Assembly: GCA_028867275.1 (NCBI GenBank)
Contig: JAGWGU010000002.1
Location: 21,222-53,221 of the forward strand
Direction: 5' to 3'
Source: Nitrososphaerota archaeon
GTDB taxonomy: Archaea; Thermoproteota; Nitrososphaeria; Nitrososphaerales; Nitrosopumilaceae
Length of the DNA stretch: 32,000 bases
The position numbers and the translations under genes were made by a program. Positions within the stretch are counted from its first letter, which is position 1; every line of letters starts with the position of its first letter. The notes under the pieces are model-generated. The model ran no database searches. It saw only the letters and a program-made list of their open reading frames with translations, and was not told where the DNA came from. Below are positions 24,143-32,000 of this stretch, in pieces.

Positions 24143-24207
24143 TACCTATGAAGACCAATCACTGAGATCAACCAATGAACCTTGCATGTGTGAACCCAAG
24201 AATGAGA

Positions 24208-24327
24208 TTATGTCAATTCATTGTGGCACTTTGGACAAGTACTGACTTCCATATCAGCAGAAGAAGGTTTTCTTGGTTTTGCTTGATATCCACACTTCAT
24301 ACATGATCCAGTTGTGAAAGCAGTCAT
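24208..24327 (-). CDS. mini zinc-ribbon protein (39 aa, below cutoff)
   Basis: Hand translation MTAFTTGSCMKCGYQAKPRKPSSADMEVSTCPKCHNELT. Confidence 0.5.
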   Translation of the reverse strand: MTAFTTGSCMKCGYQAKPRKPSSADMEVSTCPKCHNELT

Positions 24328-24377
24328 GATAATGAGTAGTCGACATCACATTTAGGTAGTTATAGAATCCAAATCAT

Positions 24378-24411
24378 GGATTCAAGTCCTGTAAGACGCG
24401 GACTTGAATCC
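24378..24411. terminator. perfect 12-bp hairpin GGATTCAAGTCC-n10-GGACTTGAATCC downstream of the CBS gene
   Basis: Read directly; 48 nt past the CBS stop on the minus strand. Confidence 0.4.
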
Positions 24412-24458
24412 TTCAGATCATGGTGTCTAGTTTTATCATGCCAGCATAAACAGATCTT

Positions 24459-24944
24459 TCAAGCATAAAGCAAACACATTGCAAGATCTCTTGTGGTAAC
24501 CATTCCAACAATTTTGTTTTTTTCAAATATAGGAAGGTGATCTATGTTGTGCTTTCCCATGATATTGGATGCTTCTTGAATCGTTTGAGTCGGGCTTGCA
24601 CAAATTAGCGGTCTTGATGCAAGATAACTCAAGATTAGACACCTGCTAGATATGTCCATGGTTGCCATTATGCGCGCCAAGTCTCTTTCTGTAACTATAC
24701 CAAAGGGTTTTCCATATGCAGTCACTATGACACTCCCGATCTTTTTTTCCATCATGATAGTGGCCGCATCATGTGCTGTTTGGGTATGATCAATTGTTAT
24801 GACATCTCGCGTCATGATACTTGCAATTGGAATACCATCAGAACTAAAAGCAACTTTTAATGAATCCTCTATCACAATATCATCAATCATGCCTAGCATA
24901 TTGTGAGACATGTCCACATGGTGATTTTCAAGTGTTATCACCAT
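24459..24944 (-). CDS. CBS domain pair protein
   Basis: 161 aa with two CBS repeats (IMTRDVITI...GSVIVT..GKPFGIVTERDL; IMGKHNIDHLPIFE.NKIVGMVTTRDL). Confidence 0.85.
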   Translation of the reverse strand: MVITLENHHVDMSHNMLGMIDDIVIEDSLKVAFSSDGIPIASIMTRDVITIDHTQTAHDAATIMMEKKIGSVIVTAYGKPFGIVTERDLARIMATMDISSRCLILSYLASRPLICASPTQTIQEASNIMGKHNIDHLPIFEKNKIVGMVTTRDLAMCLLYA

Positions 24945-25347
24945 AGCATCTATACGACTTGGTAGCCAATAAGCATTGTTTTAGATAATTGATCGCTACA
25001 TTTTGGTTTGTTGGAGAATTTTAATTGTTTTTTACAGAATTGATATCGCTTAAATCCTCACAAGTCCGAATCCAAAGATTCGTGTCCTCGAAATTTTGCC
25101 AAAATAGATCTAACAAAATTCCAAGTTTTGCACCAGATCAGTTCTAGCGCGCCCACCCCATTTTGATTTTTTATTAATTTATTGAAAATTTGTTAAAATG
25201 GTAGACGTATGATTTATCAGCATGATCTAAATACTATTACTGAAAAATCACATCAGTTGGAGCTGTCATCAAAATACTATTCGTTTTTGGTCTTAAGTTC
25301 CAACTTCAAATCCGTTATTCATCAAACTCTGAGTCCTGTAAGACTTG

Positions 25348-26748
25348 CTAGACATTTAATTTCAAACTAGAACGATATGACACTGCAATTATGGAAACTA
25401 GAGATACCACAAGTACAATTGGTGCAAGAGGGCCAAACTCTGGGACAAATGTTGTGCTCTTTGAGAAAACAATAGTATGATTTCCACTAGAACCCTCTTG
25501 CCACACCATGTATACAGTATTGTCTAGTGCAGCCATCTCATTTTCATATGATTCGGTCTTGGAATGGCTCAGGTTTGTCGGACTTTCAAACGTTGCACCG
25601 CCATCAGTGCTTTTTGTGATTAGAATGTCAAATTTTCCAGGTGTGCTGTCAACCCAGCTCACATAGATATTTCCATCTGATGCAATTTTTGGCCATCCAG
25701 ACGGGCCAGAGTTGTTGCTCAGGTTTATTGGCTTGTCAAAGGTGTCGCCATTATTGGTGCTTTTTGCAAAAAAGATATCATAGTTTATGCCAGACATGGT
25801 CTGGGTCCATGTTACATAGATGTTATTTTTCCATACTGCAAATTGTGGATATCCAGAATCTCCTTGAAGGTGGCTAATGTCAACAGGTTTTGCAAACGTC
25901 TCTCCCCCATCAGTGCTTTTTGTGAAAAATATATCATAATTTCCAGAAGTGTTATCCATCCAGACAGCGTACACATTATTTCCAGACACTATAACCTCTG
26001 GAGTTCCCGATTGTCCAGTTGTGGTGCTCATGTCAACTGGCACATGAAATGACGCACCCGAGTCACTGCTCTTGCTTAGAAATATCTCATAGTCTCCCCT
26101 GCTATTGTCCTCCCATGCTAGATAGACCTGGTTTCCATCTGAGTACAATTTTGGAATTCCAGAATTTCCCACGTTATGTGTTACATGTAATGGTGCCCCA
26201 AACGAATTTCCTTGGTCATCGCTTTTTGCAAATATGATATTAGTTGAATTATCAGGAGACTTTTCAATCCATGAAGAATAGACATGGTTCCCAGATAGTG
26301 CTATTTGTGGAAATGCAGAAAGTTGTGTTCCATCGCTTAGCTGAATTGGTTTTTCAAAACTGGTTCCGCCATCAAGACTTTTTGCCATCAATACAGTGGA
26401 AACACCAGAAAGTGACAACTGCCATGTCACATAGACATGATTATCCTTTTCTACAAATTGTGGATAGAGTGATTGTCCCTTTGTGGATCCTGACAGATTA
26501 ACTGGACTACTAAACGTGTATCCTCCATCGGTACTCTTTGCAAAGAAAACATCAGACTTGCCAAGACTTGATTGAGTCCATACTGCAAAAATTCCATCTT
26601 TTGATACAAATACATGTGGCAATTCAGAATCTCCGGCATTGCTAATGCTTGAAGCATTTGTAAAGCCAGGTTGTTCCACCTGGGCAAAACTTGGCCCAAC
26701 TCCTGCAAGTACAGATAAACCCAGAATTATTACAAGTAAAACTTTCAC
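25348..26748 (-). CDS. secreted BNR/Asp-box repeat beta-propeller protein with C-terminal TM anchor
   Basis: 466 aa with a signal peptide. There are at least 7 Asp-box-like repeats (STDGGYTF, SLDGGTSF, SDDQGNSF, SSDSGASF, STDGGETF, STNNGDTF, STDGGATF), each followed by Y..W, and a hydrophobic C-terminus. Confidence 0.8.
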   Translation of the reverse strand: MKVLLVIILGLSVLAGVGPSFAQVEQPGFTNASSISNAGDSELPHVFVSKDGIFAVWTQSSLGKSDVFFAKSTDGGYTFSSPVNLSGSTKGQSLYPQFVEKDNHVYVTWQLSLSGVSTVLMAKSLDGGTSFEKPIQLSDGTQLSAFPQIALSGNHVYSSWIEKSPDNSTNIIFAKSDDQGNSFGAPLHVTHNVGNSGIPKLYSDGNQVYLAWEDNSRGDYEIFLSKSSDSGASFHVPVDMSTTTGQSGTPEVIVSGNNVYAVWMDNTSGNYDIFFTKSTDGGETFAKPVDISHLQGDSGYPQFAVWKNNIYVTWTQTMSGINYDIFFAKSTNNGDTFDKPINLSNNSGPSGWPKIASDGNIYVSWVDSTPGKFDILITKSTDGGATFESPTNLSHSKTESYENEMAALDNTVYMVWQEGSSGNHTIVFSKSTTFVPEFGPLAPIVLVVSLVSIIAVSYRSSLKLNV

Positions 26749-26877
26749 AAATTTACAATATTTTGCTAATATAATATAGTATCAGTGGGATAGTACCGTC
26801 TTGAGACTTTCTCGCCATACATAAAAAAATACCATGACGCAGCAAGTCTTAATAATAATCAAAAAAATATCGATCAC

Positions 26878-28095
26878 ATGAATAGCCAAGCAATAAAGGC
26901 AAGCCTACTTGGTATTACCATGTTTTTAGCTATAATTTCAACTTCATACAATCTAGCATATGCACAACAAAATATCACACATGGCCCACCGGATAATTGG
27001 GAAGGGCATCCGCCAATCCACGTAAAAGGCAACTTTGGAAAAACTCTACCTCTGACAGCAGTTAGCCAAACCCAAGTTACAAACGCATATCATGTATCAA
27101 ATCTCGGTTGTAAACTAAATACAAATGATGGAAAAACTAGTCCTTATTGCGGTACTGGCCAAACAGTTGTAATAATTGACGCATATGATGATTCAAAAAT
27201 AGAAAACGATCTTGGAGTATTTAGCTCAGCATATAATCTTCCAGCATGCACCACTGCAAATGGTTGCTTTAAGAAAATTACTCCTCAGGGACTTCCCCGC
27301 CAGAATTCCGGGTGGGCATTAGAAGAGTCACTTGATGTAGAATGGGCACATGCAATTGCTCCAGGTGCAAAGATTGTTCTAGTTGAAGCAGCATCCAACA
27401 GTTTCTCAAATCTTTTTGGAGCAATAAATTATGCAAATAACAACAATCTAGGGAATCAGATAACAATGAGCTGGGGAGGTAGTGAGTTTTCAGGTGAAAA
27501 GAATTACGACACTTATTTTGCTAAACAGGGTGTAAGTTACTTTGCATCATCAGGAGACACAGGCGGTGCAATAATTTACCCATCAGCATCTCCAAATGTA
27601 GTTAGTGTTGGAGGTACAACATTAACTGTTGACAGTTTAGGAAATGTAATTAGTGAAACAGCATGGAGTGGTAGCGGTGGCGGTGTAAGCATCTACGAAT
27701 CCGAACCACAATACCAGAAAAATATCAACAGTCCATACACCAGTGGCAGAGCAACTCCTGATGTATCATATGATGCTGATCCCAATACAGGATTTGCAGT
27801 GTATGACTCTGTAAAATACAATGGACAATCAGGATGGTTCCAAGTAGGCGGAACAAGTGCCGGCTCTCCACAATGGGCAGCATTATCAGCAATAGCAAAC
27901 AGTCAAAGATCATCTTCCATGTCATCTCCAGATGTTACACTTTACAATGCAGCAATAGCAAGTTATGCTACAAACTTTAGAGACATCATAAGTGGAACTG
28001 CAGGCTCGTTTAGTGCAGGAACAGGCTATGATCTAACCACAGGACTTGGAAGCCCACTAGTAGATGGTCTCATTCCTTACCTTGCAGCGAACTAG
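26878..28095 (+). CDS. S53 (sedolisin/kumamolisin-like) serine peptidase, secreted
   Basis: Signal peptide; EESLDVEWAHAIAPGAKI (Glu/Asp of the triad); GGTSAGSPQWAAL (catalytic Ser motif). Confidence 0.8.
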   Translation: MNSQAIKASLLGITMFLAIISTSYNLAYAQQNITHGPPDNWEGHPPIHVKGNFGKTLPLTAVSQTQVTNAYHVSNLGCKLNTNDGKTSPYCGTGQTVVIIDAYDDSKIENDLGVFSSAYNLPACTTANGCFKKITPQGLPRQNSGWALEESLDVEWAHAIAPGAKIVLVEAASNSFSNLFGAINYANNNNLGNQITMSWGGSEFSGEKNYDTYFAKQGVSYFASSGDTGGAIIYPSASPNVVSVGGTTLTVDSLGNVISETAWSGSGGGVSIYESEPQYQKNINSPYTSGRATPDVSYDADPNTGFAVYDSVKYNGQSGWFQVGGTSAGSPQWAALSAIANSQRSSSMSSPDVTLYNAAIASYATNFRDIISGTAGSFSAGTGYDLTTGLGSPLVDGLIPYLAAN

Positions 28096-28124
28096 TCAAT
28101 TTTTAGCACCAAATACAAAGAGCA

Positions 28125-28520
28125 TCATTTCAGATCTACCTTGTCTACAATGAGATTTAGTTCCACATGATCCTTTGTGTTTACTGCATTTGTAAGATGC
28201 ACAGTCAGTGTTACGTGTTGTTCAGTACCGCCAACAGCCAACTTGGTATTAATCAGAATTGGCTTGAAGTCAGTATTTGGTCCAAGCATGAGTTTTGGAA
28301 TCTCTGCTGAGATGGTCAAGTCCTGTGTGATTGCTTTTATCTTGTAGGCCATTGTATCTGTAAAGTAGACGCCTCCCCTAGTGGTAGGCTTTCTCACAGG
28401 AATGGTAGATTTTACAATAGACATTTTCTGAACCTGATACGATTTTTCCTCAACATACATGACGCATGACAGATTTTGTACTTTAGACAATTTTACTAGG
28501 ACATCTTCGTTTTCCATCAT
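28125..28520 (-). CDS. hypothetical protein (131 aa)
   Basis: ORF track; no motif. Confidence 0.5.
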   Translation of the reverse strand: MMENEDVLVKLSKVQNLSCVMYVEEKSYQVQKMSIVKSTIPVRKPTTRGGVYFTDTMAYKIKAITQDLTISAEIPKLMLGPNTDFKPILINTKLAVGGTEQHVTLTVHLTNAVNTKDHVELNLIVDKVDLK

Positions 28521-28603
28521 TTACAATTTATTTTAAAAAAACCAACTACTAATAATCTTCTGCCTTCGATACTTTTACAATACCAACTCAATAGCCTGTA
28601 CTT

Positions 28604-30109
28604 GTGCTAAACTACGAAACAGAGGCAACATGGCATTATCACAACGGCACAAAGCATCCAAACGGAATGCTGCTCAACAGGTTTCATGTATACCATCCTT
28701 CGCATAGACCAACACCATACAAGATTTACAAGAACGTATCCCAGATTGACTTGGCACTTGATAAAACCCCAATAGGCATTTCCGCACTTGATGCCATCTC
28801 TACTGATAAAATTTACAACGATATCATCCCAGACATTGGAACGCTTGGCAGAATTTTTTATTTTTCATCAGGTATTACAAAAAAAATAAAATTCCAAGGA
28901 TTGGGAGAAGTAGATTTTCGCGCAGCCTCTTGTACCGGTGCACTGTACCACATTGAGATTTATCTTGTATGCTCTGATCTTCCAGGACTTGGAGCTGGAG
29001 TATACCACTTTGATCCAAGACACATGAAACTAGACACCATACGTCTTGGCGATTTTAGAAAATTTGTGTCAAATGCAACTGCAGAGGAACCATCTGTTAA
29101 CCAATCCCCAGCAATTTTGATTTTCACAGATGTATTTTCCAGAAATTCCATAAAATACCAATCAAGAGAATACAGACATGCGTTTTGGGATTGTGGAACA
29201 ATTCTTGCAAATACACTTGCTATTACGTCAGCCCACAAGATTTCCTCAAAAGTAATCACAGGCTTTGTGGATTCCAGCATTTGCCAGTTGCTGGGACTGG
29301 ACATCAGCAAGGAGGCCCCCATCACAATTTTACCGCTAGGGGCTACAACTCAAGAAGCACCTACTTGCCCACCTTTGCCAGAGATAAACTCAGATGCAGT
29401 AGCCTCAGACTATGAGATAGAATATCCAGAGATCAATGCCATGCATGAGTCATCTAGCCTTTTGACTGGCACAGATGTGGTATCGTGGAGGCATCAAATT
29501 ACAATGGAACGAAAAAATCCCGCCAAACTAATCCCACTTGGAAAAAACATCAAGGTCAAAGAGCCGTTGGAGCAAACAATAATCAAGCGTGGCTCTACAA
29601 GAAAGTTTTCACTTGAATCAATAACCTTTGATCAGTTGTCAACCATACTCAGCCAGACAACATCTGGCATAAATTCAGATTTTGCCAATCATGAGTTATT
29701 ATCAGATGTTTACATAATTGCAAATGCAGTTGGGGAACTCGAGTCAGGATCATACCATTTTGTTAAAGAGAAAAATGCACTAGAACAATTACGCAAAGGC
29801 AATTTCAGACATGCATCAGGAAATCTTGGACTGGACCAAGACTTGCCATATGACGCAAGTGTCACAATATTTTTCATGGTAGACCTTGATAAAATTTTGG
29901 AGCATTTTGGAAATCGCGGATACAGAGTGGCACAGATTGATGCCGCAATAGCGGGAGGCAGGATGTATCTTGCATCATATGCATTGGGTCTTGGTGCAAC
30001 AGGGTTGACATTCTACGATGATCTAGTAACCAACTTCTTTTCCCCACATGCAGAAAACAAGGAGACCATGTTTTTGATTGCAATAGGAAAAAAAGAAAAA
30101 TCTACCTAG
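28604..30109 (+). CDS. SagB-type dehydrogenase / double nitroreductase-fold protein
   Basis: 501 aa. YH..TKH, R.A.S.GALY..E.Y in the N-terminal half and RGSTRKF in the C-terminal half are typical of SagB/ThcOx-like nitroreductase-superfamily proteins. GTG start. Confidence 0.75.
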   Translation: MLNYETEATWHYHNGTKHPNGMLLNRFHVYHPSHRPTPYKIYKNVSQIDLALDKTPIGISALDAISTDKIYNDIIPDIGTLGRIFYFSSGITKKIKFQGLGEVDFRAASCTGALYHIEIYLVCSDLPGLGAGVYHFDPRHMKLDTIRLGDFRKFVSNATAEEPSVNQSPAILIFTDVFSRNSIKYQSREYRHAFWDCGTILANTLAITSAHKISSKVITGFVDSSICQLLGLDISKEAPITILPLGATTQEAPTCPPLPEINSDAVASDYEIEYPEINAMHESSSLLTGTDVVSWRHQITMERKNPAKLIPLGKNIKVKEPLEQTIIKRGSTRKFSLESITFDQLSTILSQTTSGINSDFANHELLSDVYIIANAVGELESGSYHFVKEKNALEQLRKGNFRHASGNLGLDQDLPYDASVTIFFMVDLDKILEHFGNRGYRVAQIDAAIAGGRMYLASYALGLGATGLTFYDDLVTNFFSPHAENKETMFLIAIGKKEKST

Positions 30110-30548
30110 AATCATACTTCATTTTAAAAAACAGCCAGTTCTTTTCTTCTGGCTCAAAGTGTACAAGACAATATTTTCCCTTGAGCCTAGTGCCATGTAT
30201 GTTTACAACTATTTTTTTGTCATTGTTTTCTATAACCTCAAAGGTCCCCTTGTCCCAGATTTTTACCTGGCCTGCACCATAGTTTCCCTCTGGTATTTGA
30301 CCCTCAAACAATGCATATTCTACAGGGTGATCATCAACTGATATTGCAAGACGCTTTTCACCAATTTTTTGAGGCGGCTCCTTTGGTAGGGCCCAGCTCT
30401 TCAGGGAATTATTTATCTCAAATCTAAGATCCCAGTGCAACTTGGAGGCATGATGTTCTTGGATGACATAGGCGGGCCTTTCTAGCTTGGAATGGTCATA
30501 GTTTTTGACAACATTTTGACAAAACGACTCTGATGGCTCGTCTTCCAT
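30102..30548 (-). CDS. stand-alone DNA ligase D 3'-phosphoesterase (LigD-PE) domain protein
   Basis: YVIQEHHASKLHWDLRFE...SWALPKEPP...KRLAI.VDDHPVEYALFEGQIPEGNYGAGQVKIWDKGTF matches the LigD PE domain signature. Confidence 0.85.
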   Translation of the reverse strand: MEDEPSESFCQNVVKNYDHSKLERPAYVIQEHHASKLHWDLRFEINNSLKSWALPKEPPQKIGEKRLAISVDDHPVEYALFEGQIPEGNYGAGQVKIWDKGTFEVIENNDKKIVVNIHGTRLKGKYCLVHFEPEEKNWLFFKMKYDSR

Positions 30549-30616
30549 GGTACAGTATAGCGATTGTTGTATTAGAAGAATTCTGAATGCTTATATTTTT
30601 ACCACCTAGTTTCAAG

Positions 30617-30823
30617 ATGGATATGCATTCTAAAGCTAGGTACGTCATACTTGCCTTGCTTGTTTTGATACCATCATTTGTAAACTTGTGGGTTCCCATA
30701 TACAACAGAGACTCGCCAGAATTATTTGGATTACCATTTTTCTATTGGTTTCAAACGTTTTGGCTTGTCGCATGTACCGGATTTTATTTTGCATATGCCA
30801 AACTAGTGGAGAAAAAACCATGA
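30617..30823 (+). CDS. DUF3311-like small membrane protein preceding the symporter
   Basis: Two TM helices. Its stop overlaps the symporter ATG (ATGA), the typical arrangement for SSF transporter accessory peptides. I chose ATG at 30617. Confidence 0.55.
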   Translation: MDMHSKARYVILALLVLIPSFVNLWVPIYNRDSPELFGLPFFYWFQTFWLVACTGFYFAYAKLVEKKP

Positions 30824-32000
30824 TTGGTTCAGACGTAGTAATTGTATTTGTTTCGTTGTTCATTGTATTCATCGGACTAGGATTTTATGGAAAATATTGG
30901 AGGAGGGGTGATCTAAATCATGTTCACGAATGGTCACTTGCAGGAAGAAAACTTGGAACAACTCTGGTATTTTTCCTAATTGGTGCAGACCTGTACACTG
31001 CATACAGTTTTGTGGCAATCCCGTCAGGAGTCTTTGCAAAAGGCTCGTTGTACTTTTTTGCAATTCCTTATGTGATGCTGACTTTTGCAGTTGCCCTAGT
31101 TACAATGCCCAAGTTCTGGACCCTATCAAGGGAAAAGGGATACATCACAGCATCAGATTTTGTCAAGGACAAATTCAATAGCAGAACACTTGCAATCATG
31201 ATTGCAATTACAGGAATTGTTGCAGAGTTGCCATACATTGCACTCCAGATAGTTGGCATGCAGTCAGTGCTGACAGTAATGCTTGCAGGATACACCAACT
31301 CACAGATGGTTCAAGAAATATCTCTTCTCATTGCGTTTGTGATTCTAGCAGCCTTTACATATACAAGCGGCCTGCGCGGCGCAACTCTTACTGCAATCTT
31401 TAAGGATGTTCTAGTGTGGGTAACTGTAATTGTTGTCATAATAGCAGTGCCAATCAGCATAGGAGGATTTGGAAATGCGTTCAAGGCAGCAAACAGCAGC
31501 TATGTCACACTGCCAGAAAACCTAGTTCCTGCATATGCAACCCTTATTCTTGGTAGCGCACTTGCGCTCTACCTATACCCGCATGCAATAAACGGTGTTC
31601 TGAGTGCCCAGAGTGCACAAAAGCTTCGCAACAGTACTGCACTGTTGCCGCTCTATGGAATAGGGTTGGCAGTTCTTGCACTGATGGGCATACTGGTATA
31701 CGGAGTACCTGATGCAATGAAGTTCTTGTCAGGGTTTCCTGAGAGCTCACGTGGAATATTGGTTGTTCCTTCATTGATCCTATACTCGTTGCCAGGTTGG
31801 TTCTCAGGGGTTGCCCTGCTTGGAATTTTTGTTGGCGGTCTAGTACCAGCAGCAATCATGGCAATGGCCCAGGCAAATCTTTTAACGAGAAATATCATCA
31901 AGGAAATAAAACCAAATCTCTCAGACAAATCAGAGATTAAAATAACAAAGGTCTCGTCAACAGTATTCAAGTTTGTAGCTTTAGGGTTTGTGTTTTCTGT
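30820..32000 (+). CDS. sodium:solute symporter family (SSF) transporter, 5' part (continues beyond window)
   Basis: Not in the ORF track because there is no stop in the window. Hand translation [64 protein letters not shown]...[17 protein letters not shown] is open to base 32000 and multi-TM with typical SSF motifs. Confidence 0.85.
   Translation, partial: MIGSDVVIVFVSLFIVFIGLGFYGKYWRRGDLNHVHEWSLAGRKLGTTLVFFLIGADLYTAYSFVAIPSGVFAKGSLYFFAIPYVMLTFAVALVTMPKFWTLSREKGYITASDFVKDKFNSRTLAIMIAITGIVAELPYIALQIVGMQSVLTVMLAGYTNSQMVQEISLLIAFVILAAFTYTSGLRGATLTAIFKDVLVWVTVIVVIIAVPISIGGFGNAFKAANSSYVTLPENLVPAYATLILGSALALYLYPHAINGVLSAQSAQKLRNSTALLPLYGIGLAVLALMGILVYGVPDAMKFLSGFPESSRGILVVPSLILYSLPGWFSGVALLGIFVGGLVPAAIMAMAQANLLTRNIIKEIKPNLSDKSEIKITKVSSTVFKFVALGFVFS

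Noticed and set aside
24378-24411. tRNA-like T-arm sequence (GGATTCAAGTCC / CTTGAATCC); a second TTCAAATCC lies near 25307
   Set aside because: No acceptor stem, D arm or anticodon arm can be built around either. The first is a simple hairpin.
25641-26708. Multiple ORFs overlapping the BNR-repeat gene on both strands
   Set aside because: They are repeat-driven shadow ORFs with Cys/His/Gln-rich nonsense translations. The minus-strand 466-aa frame carries the Asp-box repeats.

Overview
AT-rich, gene-dense window with an archaeal gene set that looks thaumarchaeal (Nitrosopumilus-like). All calls come from reading the translations and aligning by eye; no database search was possible. Recognisable core genes: TFB, aEF-2, two futalosine-pathway menaquinone genes (MqnA/D family and a radical-SAM MqnC/E type), methylmalonyl-CoA epimerase, a CBS-pair protein, a secreted BNR/Asp-box propeller, an S53 (sedolisin-like) peptidase, a SagB-type dehydrogenase, a stand-alone LigD phosphoesterase domain, a DUF3311 plus sodium:solute symporter pair, a GT-C glycosyltransferase, and a CsoR/RcnR repressor with a His-rich transporter. 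No rRNA, tRNA or CRISPR array was seen. The unusual part is an accessory island of low coding density from about 10.3 to 18.03 kb that ends exactly at the aEF-2 stop codon. It holds a Cas1 homologue with no CRISPR array or other cas genes (broken by two 1-nt homopolymer frameshifts). A PD-(D/E)xK nuclease-like gene sits 4 nt upstream of it and a 439-aa multi-TM protein converges on it. The island also has a truncated flavin-reductase gene, a 45-aa classic C2H2 zinc finger, a second badly decayed Cas1 N-terminus on the opposite strand, three copies of a ~57-nt terminal-type repeat, and an inverted copy of the last 15-18 nt of aEF-2. I read this as a casposon-type (Cas1-solo) element or pair of elements lacking PolB, rearranged at the aEF-2 3' end. 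Other observations: an RcnR-type operator (TATCCT-C6-T-AGGATA), a ~42-nt repeat family among Cys-rich mini-ORFs, several mini zinc-ribbon ORFs below the ORF-track cutoff, and shared promoter- and terminator-like motifs.
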